DNA of 64,000 nucleotides from the NCBI RefSeq assembly GCF_009914755.1, contig NC_060927.1, one strand, 5' to 3'. This DNA is from the human T2T-CHM13v2.0 reference genome, Homo sapiens. Positions 28,858 to 42,753 of this stretch are shown piece after piece. The translations under genes were made by a program, and so were the position numbers. Each line of letters starts with the position of its first letter. The stretch's first letter is position 1. The notes beneath the pieces were generated by a model, which saw nothing but the letters and a program-made list of their open reading frames with translations, did no database searches and had not been told where the DNA came from.

Positions 28858-30989
28858 GCTGACCCCGCCCCCACAGGCTGCCAGTTATCATCATAGCTTT
28901 CTTGGATTGGTGGATGGGTGGAGAAAGAAAGGAGGAAAGGAGGGAGGAAATGATAAAAGAATAACTTTTGAGAGAGATCCCGGTAACCAGCTTCATGTGG
29001 GAGAAATGTTTAGATAGAGATGGAGAAAACTCCACATCTTGTTCCTACTGGAAGGGTATCATCTCTCCTAGAAGTGGCCCAAAGCATAGCACTTCAAGGC
29101 AGCTGGGTTTTCTGCAAAAAATCCTGGAATGAAATTGGCCAATTATATGGTAATATTAATTCCATGTGGAGCTGCTGCTTTCTAAGCCACTTGTGAGCTT
29201 GTTTTTCTCCCCAGGCCTCTGAGAAACATCCCTAAACACAAGCCATCTCTTACAAGATTGGATCGGCATTCATCCATGAGGTAGTTTTTTTGAAATGCCA
29301 GCAAATGCTCCACAGCCACCTCCCCAGCGCACCTCCTGACCACTGAAATTGCCAGAACTCATGAACACATTTTAGAATGCAAATGTAACCTGGGACAGGT
29401 AATGGTTACTTACCCCATTAAAAGTCCCCGCCTGTGGTGACATCGGATCACGCTGTTGTGGGAGTAAGATACAAATCATGTACCTTTTGAGTGAGGCAGG
29501 AGGACAGAGTTCCAAGGCACAATGAGGCCAGGCCAGGCTGGGGAGCGGAGAAGGCCACAGGATGGTTCTTGTCATTTGGGGAATGGCTGGTTGGGGAGCG
29601 GTGATTATTTACAAGACAGGCACTAAGGGAAATGGCATTCTGTTTCTCAGCAGAAGCACAGAGACAGGCTTGCAAGCAGGTGGTGGCTTTACAGGGTCAC
29701 CATCTGGATCGTGTGTCTGCAATGACATCTGATGCTTAGCTTTCCTTAATCATATAAAAATATTAACACCAAGTGAGGCTGGAATTCGATGAACACATTG
29801 CCTGGTTCTGTTTCTTAAATTCTGTCTAAGCACACAAAGAATGCTCAGGAAAGACACTGGTACCCTGAGAATGGCCAGGAATGAGGGCTTGAACACAGAA
29901 AGACTTTAGAGTTTACACTCATAGCTAAAGTCTCTCCTAACCATGAGTGCCTCTCTACTGCTCTCCCAGCACTGTATTTATGGACAGAAGAGCTGTGCTC
30001 TCTCCTAAGGATAATCAGGATTTAATAATATTGTTCCGCTATTTATAATTCACTTTCAACTTGATATCTCAAAACCTTTCCTCTTGTTGCTATTTTTGTC
30101 AGGAGTATAATGATCATTTTTTAAAACCCAGTGACTAACCTCCTGCCCCTTCCTGGCTTTTTCTGGCTCATTTGTAGACTGTGTTTTTTTCCCTCAGTGA
30201 CTCAATTCTATCTTTTTCATTTCTCCGTTCCTCTCATTTTCTATACTTCTGAGAATTAGACATGTAAAATATTTCTGGCAGTAGAGTTGGACTTCACCTA
30301 TAACAGGTCAACATGAACTGGATAGTGTTAAATTAGGGAAAATAATGAACATTAAAAAGAATGAATTGTTGCTGTCTTAATGAAATATTTGCAGCCTTGC
30401 TTGTGTCAATGTTAATTTTCACAAGGTTCTAATTATACCAGAAATTATTGTATCAGCTAATTGTATAAGTGTTTCTGCATTTTCCCATCTCTCTCTCTCT
30501 TGCTGTCAAGTTGATTTTTTGTTGTCCAACTACCAGATGTGATGCGCTAAAAAAACAAAAAAATCAATATGGTGGTTGATATTGACGGTACCTACAAAAA
30601 TATTAGTGTATTTTTTCAAGTCCACGTGTGATCTGTTCTGATTTTTAAAAGGAAAAGTGACCTGCAACTTAAAAAAAATCTTTTTCCATTTAATTCTAGT
30701 TAACTTTGTCATTTGGAGGGCTTGGTTATCGGAACGAGGAAGTATGACAGCACGGCTAGGGTTTTCCTTTCCTCTGACCCTTCATCCTGCTGTGGTTCCC
30801 TGGTCTATCATGCTTACTCTGTGATACAGAAATAAAATAAACTGGGGAAGTGGCTCCATACCAAAGCAGGCACAGAGGGAGGCCCCGGACACTTCCAGGC
30901 AATTCCTCCCCCTTTTCTCCTCCTTTAGTTCCATCTCTTACAGCCGCATGCTAAAGAGGTGCAGTGTGAAGAGGTTCATAGTGGGCTAC

Positions 30990-31355
30990 TGATATGGTTA
31001 GGCTTTATGTACCCACTCAAATCTCATCTTGAATTGTAGTCCCCGGGTGTTTAGGGAGAGACCTGGAGGGAAGTGATTGGATTATGGGGGCAGTTTCCCC
31101 TATGCTGTCCTCGTGATGGTGAATTATCACAAGATCCAATGGTTTTATCAATGATACTTTTTCCTGCACTGACACATGCTTTCTCTCTCTTGCCTGCCAC
31201 CATGTAAGACGTGCCTGTTTCCCCTTTTGCCATGATTATAAGTTTCCTGAGGGCTCCCCAGCCATGTGGAACTGTAAGTCAATTAAACCTGTTTCCTTTA
31301 TAAATTACCCAGTCTCAGGAAGTTCTTTATAGCAGTGTGAAAATGGACTAATAAA
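30990..31355 (+). mobile_element. THE1D-like solo LTR
   Basis: tgatatggttaggc...gaaaatggactaata; TSD gctac/gctat. Confidence 0.9.
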
Positions 31356-32024
31356 GCTATGATCACTTTATGGACATTTTATTCATGTCTGTTAGAACTG
31401 AATACTGATGTTAGAGTACATATGTAAATCATAAATGGAATTAAATGATAGTATGTAATTGAGAGGTGGGAAGGAATAAGAAGAGCCACTTACTAGCAGT
31501 GCATTTTAAAAAGTCCTATCTATGCATGCATCACACCAGCTTAATTAGGGTGACAGCAAAGTTGAAGTTCATGTGAATATAAGTGAGGTGAAACCTTGTC
31601 CTAAGTCTGGCCTTCTTGATATGGGGGAGGAGGGAAGGTTGGAGAAATCAGAAAAAGCGTCTTTCAAATTGCACATTGCTTTATTGTTGGCATTTTCCGA
31701 ATTACCTTTCTGTCACGAATGAGTTTTTTAAAATAATTTTTTTTTCTCTTGGAGAAGTGTGAATGTATTTCTTATTTTCATGGGGTCTTGCACCCATGAT
31801 AAACCTGCAAACCTGGGGAGACATACAAGGACATACGTGGATTGTAGAGTAGGGGAGAATAAGGACCTCTTTCTAATCCCATTCAGTTTTCTGTCAGTCC
31901 ACAGTGTATGAGGCTGTGTGTAACCCTAATATGTAAGTGGAATTCTACATTGCACAGTCTCCATGTTGGTGTCACTTTCAAAGAAACATACTTAGCAAAA
32001 AGTAGTTAAGAATCATTTAGTCTT

Positions 32025-32555
32025 ATTGGATATATACCCAAAGGATTATAAATCATTCTAGTGTAAAGACACATGTACATGTATGTTTATTGCAGCACTA
32101 TTTACAATAGCAAAGACTTTGGAACAACCAAAATGCCCATCAATGATAGACTGGATAAAGAAAATGTGGTACATATACACCATGGGATACTATGCAGCTA
32201 TAAAAAAGAATGTGATCATGTCCATTGCAGGGACATGGATGAAGCTGGAAGCCATCATTCTCAGCAAACTAACACAGGAACAGAAAACCAAACACTGCAT
32301 ATTCTCACTCATAGGTGGGAGTTGAACAATGAGAACACATGGACACAGGAAGGGGCACAACACACACTGGGGCCTGTTGGGGGGTGGGGGACAAGGGGAG
32401 GGACAGCATTAGGACAAATACCTAATACATGTGGGGCTTAAAACCTAGATGATGGGTTGATAAGTGCAGCAAACCACCATGGCGCATGTATACATATGTA
32501 ACAAACCTAAACGTTCTGCACATGTATTCCAGAATTTAAAGTGGAAAAAAAAAAT
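32025..32555 (+). mobile_element. 5'-truncated L1PA7/8-like element
   Basis: ORF2 tail (MFIAALFTIAK...) and 3'UTR with poly-A; exact 14-bp TSD aatcatttagtctt (32011-32024, 32556-32569). Confidence 0.95.
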
Positions 32556-32964
32556 AATCATTTAGTCTTTACTGATGTCTCTTCCAAAGCCTATGAGTAG
32601 GAAGAAAATACATCTGTATACTCATCAAAACATCTTAAAGTTCTCTCCTTATTGCAAAAGAAAAAAATAAACAGTTTGAAAACCAAGCCCTCACCACTCT
32701 TTTCTACCCCCTGTTCTTTCATCCTTTATCCATTCTTTCTCTTTTTTTTTTTTCCCGAGGAAACCTTGGCACTTTCTGGTCTGATTTATATCCTCATCCT
32801 GTCTTCTCCAAGATCTCTCTCTCTTTACACCTTTCTCTGAGTCTGCGTCATGAAAACAAAAAAAACTAAAGTGGAAAATTGAGAGTTTGTTGTAAAAATA
32901 GCAGATATCCTCCCTGTCTGGGAGGTTTGTAAATTTTGGTTCTCAACTCATTCAGAAATTCTAA

Positions 32965-34200
32965 TATTGGTTATCATAAATAATATATTTTGGTCTTGAC
33001 CCAGTTTCCTGACACACAGCTCCTAAAACCCTGGGAACATCTGAACTGATAAGTGTCTCTTTGTATGCTAAGGAGATGATTGACAGCTCAGGGTCCTGAA
33101 GAGCCTCAGAATGAGGGCTGGTTGCCTGGGGAACCAACCCTGTAGTTAGAGCATTGGAACTTTCAGCCTCACCCCTTATTTTAGGGGAGGGAGACGGGTT
33201 AAAAGTTGAATTGATCACCAATGGCCACTCATTTAATCAATCATGCCTATGTAATGGAAACTTCATAAAAATCCAAAAGGACTGGGTTGACAGAGCTTCT
33301 GGGTTGTGGTACATGTGCACGGTAGAATACCAGTGTGTTAATTCATTTGCATCACTATAAAGGAATACCTAAGACTGGGTAATTTATAAAGGAAAGAGGT
33401 TTCTTGTGGTTCATAGTTCTGCAGCCTATACAGGAAGCATGGTACTGGTGTCTGTTCCTGGTGAGGCCTCAGGAAGCTTCCAATCATGGTGATAAGTGAA
33501 GAGGGAGCTGCCCTCTCACATGGCAAGAGAGGGAGCAAGAGAGAGAGGAGAGTGACAGGCTCCTTTTAAACAACTAGCCCTCATGTGAACTAACAGAGCA
33601 AGAAGTCACTTATCTCCAAGGGGATGGCAGTAAGTAACTCATGAGGAATCCACCCCCGTGATCCAACACCTCCCACTGGGCCCCACCTCCAACACTGGGG
33701 ATCACATTTCAACATGAGATTTGTAGGGATCAAACTTCTAAACCTTGTCACCCAGAGAGGGCACAGAAGCTCTGCACCACTCCCCACATACCTTGCCTTA
33801 TGCATCTCTTCCATCTGGCTGTTCTTGAGTTATGTAGTTTTATAGCAAGTGGGTAATAGTAAGAATTGTCCTGAATTCTGTGAGCTGCTTTAGCAAATGA
33901 TCAAACTCAAGGAGGTTGTGGGAACCTCCAGTTTCTAGCTGGTTGGTCAGAAGCACAGGTAACAATCTAGAACTTGTGATTGGTACCTGAAACTGGGGGC
34001 AGTCTTGTGAGACTGAGCTCTCAGCTTGTGGCATCTGTGCTAACTCCTGCTAGTGCCAGAACTGAGTTGAATGTAGGGCGCCCGATTGGTATCCACAGAG
34101 AATTGTTGGTATAGAACAACCCCTAGTCCTCACATCTGGTGTCGGAAGTGCAGTATTGAGGGTATATGTAATAGTAGAAAACATGTTTTTGTCCTACTGT
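32965..34200 (+). mobile_element. MER21-like LTR split by an MST
   Basis: cagtttcctgacacacagctcctaaaaccc...ggttgtgggaacctccagtttctagctggttggtcagaagcacaggt. Confidence 0.8.
33333..33748 (-). mobile_element. MaLR LTR, MSTA-like
   Basis: MST motifs (gtgaggcctcaggaagcttccaatcatgg; gatcacatttcaacatgagattt). Confidence 0.88.
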
Positions 34201-34319
34201 AAACATCAATCATATTCTTACATCTGGCCCCTGACTCTTCAAACTTCTATTCCATCCTTGCCCAAGCCACTCAGCACTCAGTGTAATTTTATCATGATGA
34301 GTTAAGTTTGTCTTCTAAG

Positions 34320-34490
34320 CAGGGTTTTCAGATTTAGCAAGAACTAAACCAAATGAAATTAAAACAGTACAAAAAATAAAAACCAGGATGCTTTTCCCCA
34401 TGCAATATTTGGCCCCATATACTAAAAATTTAGTTGTTTATCTGAAATTTAACTGTAACCAGGCATCTTGTATTTTACCTAGCAACGCTG
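34320..34490. mobile_element. MER53-like hAT MITE
   Basis: cagggttttcagatttagcaa...tagcaacgctg; 8-bp TSD cttctaag/tttctaag. Confidence 0.75.
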
Positions 34491-36339
34491 TTTCTAAGGG
34501 AATGGTAATGTTGGAGAAACGGGGTTTTACAGGGTGGATTTAGTTAATAACTTAGAAGCTACAAATAAAGATATTTTTGAAATAGTACCTGAACCACGAG
34601 AAAACCCAAAAGCTGGATATGGTAAGAGGTTACCAGCTTGGGTTGTTGGGGTCCAGTAGTAAACAAGCTTTTCCTGTGATTCCTTCAGCTGCATTTCTAG
34701 TACTACGATGCATATTTTTTCCCATGGTGGAGGTGATAAAAATATTTCGGAAACCAAAAGAGGTCCCCATAAATACATGGAATAAGACAAATTAAATTTG
34801 GAACACAAAAATATATTGGAAGAGAACAAAGAAATTGCTTTCTGCTTTTTAAAAAATTGCTTTCTGCTTTTCACCTCTTTGCTATCTTTATCTCCTGCTA
34901 TTTTCTCTGCTGCTTTTCCTTTCTTACTGTAACTCACCCTCTGTTACTTCAAAAATGTCTTATTGTCTTCATAGGAATGCACAAGAAAGCAACCTCAAAT
35001 CTACCTAAACCATCAACATCTGCTTTTAAGTTGTAGGTTTTCCATGTGTTTCTTAATATGTCACTTTCACCTGTATTTAATGGACACGGGTACTGTTTGT
35101 CTTATATATCAGAGTTAGCAGGCTAAGGGCAAAGACCCAGTCTTTTCATAGTAACCATGGTATGAAGATGTTTAATACAGATGTTTAAGACAGAGCAGCC
35201 TTGCCTTCTACACACAGAATTATGAGTTTACTCTGTCCTAAATTGCCATGATTAGTTTGATACATGGCGAATCATAATTCTCTGAAATGGAGATGCTGGC
35301 AGGGAAAGACTTCCCCCTGCTATTTGGCCAACCTAATTTTTCTTTCCCTAATCCCCAGAATTTAGGGGGCCACTATGTAAATCCAGGAAGTAATAGGAAT
35401 TCTCTAGCCTTAGCATACTTGTGCAAAGATTAATAACTGCTCCTCCTCTCTTTGGGGAAATCATATAAATCCTCTTCTGTGATTTGAAGTAGACAACATT
35501 TTCTTGAGAAATCTGCACAAAGTGAACAGAATGGTTGTCTTTAATGTAGAGCTTTGGTAGTGAATTTTAAATGTCTTTCAGAAGAAGCCTACTGCATCTC
35601 TGAAGCACTTGCCAGATGATGAAAGATGTCTGATATGTAGTAGATTTAATCCTGTTCTGGAGTAACAAGACCATGGCTCTAAATACACTTAGAGTTCTCT
35701 CTCTCTCTCTCTTTCTAATAGAATCTGATTTTCTTGCTAAAGACATATGATACCTTTTCATTTTATTCAGCACTTCTGTGGCCCCTGAGGAGTGAGGTGG
35801 TTCTGAATGATGCTGGTGAAGAGGACACCTTGGGTTTTATTCCTTCCTGAGTCCATTTATTTCATTCAGTGGGGGAAGCCATAACCTTACCAGTGGCTCC
35901 TAAATCCATGGGGTGTTCTAGTGCAGGTCTGAAGGTGGGGTGGGAGGGCAGGTGGGGGAGGTCTCTGGATGAGGAATATGGCTTGTTTAGTCTAAAGCCA
36001 CTGTGACATCACAACACAGACTCCAGCATATGTCCTCCTTACAGTAGGTCAGAGCTAGTCTAGGTGCACCAGTCACAGGACACTGAGACTCAGGGTGGCA
36101 GATGTCAAGTCCTTCATTGTTCAGTTTAAGCTCAGAGAAGTAAGTTTCCAAAGTGGGACTATACAAGAGCACATCTAGGTTTATAAAAGCTATTAATATA
36201 GATTGGACATAATATAATTTCAGAAACAACTTTATCTTCTCAGGATAATTTCTTATTTATTTTTAAGTCACTCTGTCTTTCCCCTAAGCTTTGTCTTACT
36301 TGCTTAAAGGATCACATTTGCTATCAAGAGAAATATAAA

Positions 36340-36351
36340 GTGATATATATA

Positions 36352-36384
<33 letters not shown>

Positions 36385-36386
36385 GT
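36340..36386. repeat. (TA)n/(TG)n compound microsatellite at an Alu tail
   Basis: Visible directly. Confidence 0.9.
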
Positions 36387-36387
36387 A

Positions 36388-36672
36388 ATTTTTTTTTGAG
36401 ACACAGTCTTACTCTGTTGTCCAAGCTGGAGTGCAGTGGGTATCTCAGCTCACTGCAGCCTCAACCTGCTGGGTGCCAGTGATCCTCTCACTTTAATCTC
36501 CTAAGTAGCTAGGACTACAGGCATGCATTATGATGCCCAGCTAATTTTTGTTTATTTTTTTGTAAAGATGGGGTCTTATTATGTTACCCACGTGGGTCTC
36601 AAACTCCTAGGCTCAGGCAATCCACCTGCCTTGGCCTCCTAAAATACTGAGATTACACGTGTGAGCCACCAC
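36388..36672 (-). mobile_element. AluJ-like
   Basis: Diverged reverse Alu dimer. Confidence 0.9.
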
Positions 36673-37363
36673 TGTAGTTTTGGCGGCTTTTAGTCAAATT
36701 GTAAATTAGATGAAAGTCATCTTTACTCACCTCACCTCCATCTTTTATACAGTCTTTGTACCTTCATCTTTACCTAAGGCTTTGGTCTTATTTTAGACTG
36801 ACTCCCTCCAGCTCCCAGTTAGGTCCTAAATTTTTCATGTTTTTAGCTTTCCACATACAAATGCACCTGGCTTTTGTGAGAGTTCTCTAGGACCCAGCTA
36901 GATGCCAGAACAAATGCTATGATAAACTCTTTTGTGCTAAGATGAAATTAGTGATAAGGGAATACGTGTGTCCACCATAGAAGGACATTTACATTTAACA
37001 GATATTTAAAAACACAGGCTATAAAAACTATCTTATTGAAGAGAACACTGAAACTCAGATAAGGTAAGTGACTTGCTAAGTCATATGGGTTTTATTTTTG
37101 CCCCAGGATTTGAATCTGGGTCTTCTATTATAACTCGAATGTAATTTTCACTATATCAATATTTCTCAAATTTTAATTATCTCCAATGCCCCCTTTACAA
37201 GTTTTGCTCTATATGTGCATACCTAGTAGACTCTAATCGACTTGTTCTTATAATCTCTGAAAGAATGGATTTGAAAATTACAGGTTTGAAATATACACAC
37301 ATACACACACACATACATATATACACACATACATTTGCATATTCTAATATACTAAATCATTTA

Positions 37364-37481
37364 GTCTCTAAAATGATTTTAGGTAGCCTATAGATAACAA
37401 TTATATTTGGATATATTAGTATATTACTGCTCAAATTTGAAAAATGGCTATGTATAAGCTACCTAAAATCATTTTGGAGAC
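37364..37481. repeat. Imperfect ~118-bp palindrome (MITE-like)
   Basis: Arms gtctctaaaatgattttaggtagc and gctacctaaaatcattttggagac are 23/24 complementary. Confidence 0.85.
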
Positions 37482-37754
37482 CACCAGTGGGGTATGGCTT
37501 CATATTAGGAAATGAATAAATTCTGAATCACAGCTGTGATCTCTTTTAATGCCTTAACCTACTTCTTTGGGAATGTTAGCAATTTGGTTGGCAGCCTTGG
37601 AGGAGAGAGGTCTCCTTGCTCAAATCACTTCACAGGGGTAATAATTCACTCCTTGGACACAGCCATTCTTGGATTTTGAGTAAGATTTGAGACCAGGACA
37701 ATAACCATAGATATAAGGGTCATTTATGTGTCTTTCAAAGTAATGAAGTGGTGT

Positions 37755-38387
37755 TGTTGTTGGAGGTAAATACCCAAGGTTTGTTGTCTCATGCCAAGGG
37801 AATCGAGGACGTGGACACACAAGAAGTGAATTTAAGAGTAGAGGTTTAATCGACAAAAGAAAGAGAAAAGAGAATGACTCTCTCTCCTGCAGAGAGAGAG
37901 GGGCACCTGAGTGGGTCTTCCAGTTCATGATGAAATGCATGGGGTTTTATAGACGAGCTTGAAGAGGTGGTATCTGATTTACATAGCGCTCAAGAGGCTG
38001 CTCCGAGAAGGTGTGACATTTGCTTAGTGCGTGAGGAAGCTGGCCATCCCACCATAATTTTTTATTATGCAGCTGGGTTCTCTACCTGGCTGGTGTCATG
38101 TTGTCTGTTCCTCACTGTACATGTGGTTGACAAAGGAAAGGGAAGATAGAGCCGCCATGTTGAACATGCCTGGCCTTCGGGTAGTCTTTTCCTATTGGCA
38201 CAGCTGCCGGCATTTACCTATGAAAGCTTGCAGCTTGCTTATTTATGTCTGCAGCTCGATTTTACAGGCTTCTTTTGTTAGAAAAGAAATGATTTGGGGG
38301 GCTGCTTTTCATTAAAAGGAAAACCTTCCTAAGGACTTCCTTAACCTCATTGTCTGCCTAAATAATTTCTTTTTAACTCCTTTATCA
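37755..38387 (-). mobile_element. ERV1 LTR, MER50-like (3' LTR)
   Basis: Minus strand starts tgataaaggagttaaaaagaaattatttaggcag. Confidence 0.75.
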
Positions 38388-38720
38388 TTTAACCCTCTGG
38401 AGTGGTAACTCTGCTATTAGGGGGTTTTGGACGATGACTCTTTCTGGCTACTTTCTGCTGAAAAGGGGTGTTGTGTTGGGGACAGCCTCTAGGGCTGCTC
38501 CTTGAGGTTGATCTGAAGATCCTTGGAAGAAGAGTATGTTCATGCGTGATTCTGTCTGCAGCACCATTTGGAGTTTAGCTGCTTCTAGGTGAGAAAAGAT
38601 AACTTTCACAAGAAGTTTTAGAATATAGGGTTTGAATATGAGTATTAAGATTACTACTATTAGTGGGGGTACTGTAGGCCATAACCGTGACAGTAGAGTT
38701 TGTTTGACACCTGTCGGTAC
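38388..38720 (-). pseudogene. env: ERV1 env TM/cytoplasmic-tail remnant attached to the LTR
   Basis: ORF 38448-38747 reads PLIVVILILIFKPYILKLLVKVIFSHLEAAKLQMVLQ, like the gamma-type FGPCILN..VSSRLEAIKLQM motif. Confidence 0.8.
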
Positions 38721-39669
38721 GACCTTGCTTTCAACATTCTTCTCCAATTACAAATTTTTCTAAGAAACTAAAATCATTTGATTTTCCTATAACGCTAGAT
38801 TCCTGGTGGTGTAGAATAATAAATAAAACATAGTGCTTTTCTTTAAGAAGGAACTGTCTACAAGCAGAGATCATTGCAAGTAGTTGGAGACAATTCCACT
38901 CTAACTGCAGGTAAATGAGACACACTTCATAATTTATTTTTCCTTTAAAGTACAGTGGCCATTCCAAGGAGAGGAAGCTGCTATCTCATAGCTGGGTGTG
39001 GAGGAATTAGGGGTGAGTTGCCAGAAGAGTTAGCATTAGAACTGGGCTTCAGGGCAAAGGATGTGAACAAGCTGGGAGGGTGGCAAAAGGATATGGGAGG
39101 ACAGTGGGAGGTGTGAGATTCCCTGTGTGACTTCAGCTGTGTGACTTCTCTTGTGGTGGTGCTGTGGTGAGAAAACGCTGCTTTCAGTCCCCATAGGGCC
39201 ACTCAGCCTTGGTAGAGCCTTGGTAGAGAGCTCAATATTTCCTCAGCCTTGGTAGAGAGCTCAATATTATATTGTGATTTTGGAACTCTTGAATCGATTT
39301 ATTTAGTTTAACTCAGTATGTTAGAGTTAAGCCGAGTCAGGGAGTGGGAATTAGGCCTCCAGAGCTCCATGCTACCATGCCCTGGATTCTCATTTTTCCT
39401 TCTCCTGGAGGTGATGAACCTACAAAACCTGCCTGAGAACTTTGCAAGATCATTCCCAAAAGAAGAAAAGATTAGACTTTGAATCTAGAGTTTCTTTTCA
39501 TTTTTTTTATTACCGTTTTGTGGACTCTCCATATTATCACCTTGTAGCCTTTTTATTTGTTTCATGTAACATATATTTAGTAGTGCCTACTATGAACTAG
39601 GCATTCTCATAAGCATTTTACCAATAAAAACCCTCATAGAAACAGAGAAGGAACTGTTAGTACTCCTGT

Positions 39670-40132
39670 GGCAGCTGGTATCACTGTTCTGCCCAGATCT
39701 CTTTAGCCTTTTTATGTATACCATTTCCAATGAACTTTCAGCCCCAATAACCAACACTTGCATGTCAGACATAGACCTTCCTCCAGTCTGCTGAAACCTG
39801 CTTTGTCTGTGTTTATAAAGAGTCGTTTGGGAATTTATGTCTCTGTGGTGTGGCACTGAACCAATGGCTGAGAGGCATAGGAGTATAAACACTTCCGTTC
39901 CCTTGTGCCTGATGAAGATGGCTTCGAGGTAAGACCTGCACTATCTCCAAAGCTCCCTGATGAGATCAATCCAAGGTTTTCTTCTGTGGGACTCCTCTTG
40001 AAATCATATTCCCTTCTCATCACTGCTCCACTTCTCCACTCTTCTGTTTTTTCCTGGGAACACTTTCTAACAAATCCAAGTTTTCATGTGGATCATTGTT
40101 TCAGAGTTTGCTTCTGGGGAATTTTACCTACA
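39670..40132 (+). mobile_element. ERVL LTR (LTR16-like) splitting a MIR
   Basis: Ends tcagagtttgcttctggggaa...ctaca; MIR halves at 39560-39630 and 40135-40250. Confidence 0.55.
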
Positions 40133-40431
40133 TGGATCCCAATTTTGCGGTAAAGAAAACGAAAGCCCAGAGAAGTTAAGTAATTTGCCCAAGGCCACTC
40201 AGCTGGTACTTGACAGACTGGAGATTCTAATTCTAGCATTTTGGCTTTGTTTACCCTTGAAGATTAGGAGGAAATGATTGGAAAGCCAACTAGGGCACAG
40301 GAAAGAGCCTTCTTTAAGGTAGATGATGGGAGGAGGGGGTTTCCTAGGAGTACTGAGGCTGAGGATTAAATTGATTGGGAAGGATTCTCAAGTTGAAAGC
40401 TATCATTATAAAATGGGAGATTTTGAGAGTT

Positions 40432-40650
40432 GACTGGTGGTTGTTAGGAACTGGGGGGAGGGAGAGGTGGGCATTGCAGTTCAATGGGTATAAAGTTTCA
40501 GTTATGCAAGACGATTAAGTGATGGAGATCTGCTGCACAACATTGTGCCTACAGCTAACAGTGCTGTGTTGTGCACTTGAACTTTTGTTAAGAAGATAGA
40601 TCTCTACGTTAAGTATTCTTCCCACAATTTAAACAAATAAAGAAAGAAAA
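40432..40650 (+). mobile_element. L1MA9/10-like 3' end
   Basis: tcaatgggtataaagtttcagttatgcaag...gagatctgctgcacaacattgtg. Confidence 0.8.
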
Positions 40651-40659
40651 TAAGAGAGA

Positions 40660-40885
40660 ATCATAGCATTGTGGTTAAGAGCCCAGGCTTTGGGGTGAGA
40701 CAGACCTGGTATAAATTCTGTCTCAGCCACTATCTAGGTTTTGACTTTGTTCAAATCACAACCTCTCTCTGGGCTGCTGGTTTTTCTTCTGCAAACTGGG
40801 GATAACAATTTCTGCCTCACAGGGTTGTATGAAGTATTTTACATTATGCCTGGCACATAGCACTAAATACATAATAAGTATTATT
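40660..40885 (+). mobile_element. MIR SINE
   Basis: gcattgtggttaagagcccaggctttgg...tgcctggcacatag. Confidence 0.85.
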
Positions 40886-42361
40886 AATCCCACCTCTTTG
40901 CAAAAGTTAGTGTGCTTATATTAAGGTCAGGAAGGTAGAAGTGTAAAACCTGACACAGGGTTGGGAGCAGAACAGATTCTTTGTAACGCCCAGTTAATAC
41001 TCCCTAACACAATGACTATAAATGTTCCTCTACATTCATCCTAACATGCCATTTGTGAGCTAACCTTGGAATACAATTATTATGCATAGCTATGTTCTGA
41101 AATGGAAGAGGTATCTAAAGAGCCAAATAATAGACCCATAAATGAGTGCCTTACATCTGGCCAAGGATTACATAGGCCATGATGGAAGTTGAAGAAATCC
41201 TATTTACACTAGAAAATCAAGATTCTCAAATATTCATCAAGCCACTTAATTATCCTAGTTGCCAAATTTATTGGACATGAAAGAAAAGATTCTTGGAAAA
41301 CAGATGCTAAGAAGTATAATGCACATTTCCCAGACCAGTTCCTTATCTGAGGCAACCTGAAATTCGCATTTTATTCTTACTTGCCTTAATCATGCACTGA
41401 GAGAGTATGTTTCTAAAGCTCTGGGCGTGATGCTTGTAGAATGCAGTTCTATGGGTGTTAGTTTGCTTCCTTTACTCCTACTCTGTACACCTAGGACTCC
41501 TAGAGTGGGTGTGCCCTGGATGTTAGGAACCCTGGTGGTTTCAGTTGACATTTATCCTAAGGTCTGTTAGGTTGAGCCCATAAAGTCTTCAAAAGATATC
41601 TTATATTGGATCTTGTCTTAAGAGCCTGGTACAGAAATGCTTTAAAAAGGACAGAATGATAATCCTTTAGAAATGCCAAAAAAGTATTTGGAAATAAGAT
41701 AGGTCATCATTATATCACCTAAAACCCCTCTAAGAAGCTAACACCATCCTACAGTAATTGGAAAGGAACCACAAGATTACTGTTTCTGTGGTGAAGTAGA
41801 ATTATATCCTTTGACTCTTTCTCTCAGCCTCTTAAAACTCTAAAAAAAAAAAAACCTTATAAAAATGACACAATTAAAATGACCTCTCAGTTCCATTAAT
41901 TATCATCCATGGAATGGAATTTCTACAGAACAGTAAATCAAAAGATTCTGAATACTAATTTATCTTTTGTAAATTCAGAGTTTGACTTAACAGAATTGGT
42001 AATAATTCCTTTGATTTCTTTGTGCATCAAGGTATGTAGCAAGGAAAGAAATTCAACAATGAACATCCCATATTTCATTTAAAGTAATGGGGATAATTCT
42101 GAGTTAGTCTGTTAAAGAAACAACACGCACATTGTTTTATTTGACAGGCAAAGAGCCAGCCATAGAAATTGTAACATTTTTCATGCAAATACTATTTCAT
42201 TATCTGTATCTGCCCAGTCTCTTTTATCTATACGTTTCCTGGGACCTTCCAAAGAAGATAGTGTGGAACAGAATGCAAATTCAACCAAGATGAGATAGAA
42301 ATTATCTGAAATAAGATGAAAATCTAACTAAGGCAATTATTAATTAAATAAGGTCTATTCC

Positions 42362-42573
42362 CAGGAGTCAGCAAACTACAGCTCCATAGGCCAAATCTGG
42401 CCCTTTTTATAAATAAAGTTTTATTAAGACACAGCAACATCCATTTGTTTACATATGTCTATGGCTGCCTTCATGCTAGAATGGCAGAGTTGAATAGGTG
42501 TGACAGAGAGCATATGGCCTGTGAGCCTAAGATGTTTATGTAATCTTTCAAAGAAAACATCTCCTAGCCCCTG
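42362..42573. mobile_element. MER58A-like hAT-Charlie MITE
   Basis: caggagtcagcaaactacag...taaataaagttttatt...gcccctg. Confidence 0.85.
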
Positions 42574-42753
42574 ACCTATGCCATATGTCTTAGAGAATAG
42601 CCTTTGTTGATGGTTTCTAAAGAGTCCTTGGATGGGTTAAAATGGAAGGATGATAGATGCCAATCTCCAAGTTCATATTGGAGGTGTTGCTGCCGCTGGA
42701 AAAGGGGAAGGGAGAAAGGAGCTACTTATTCCAAGTGTTTGTACTGTTAGGAA

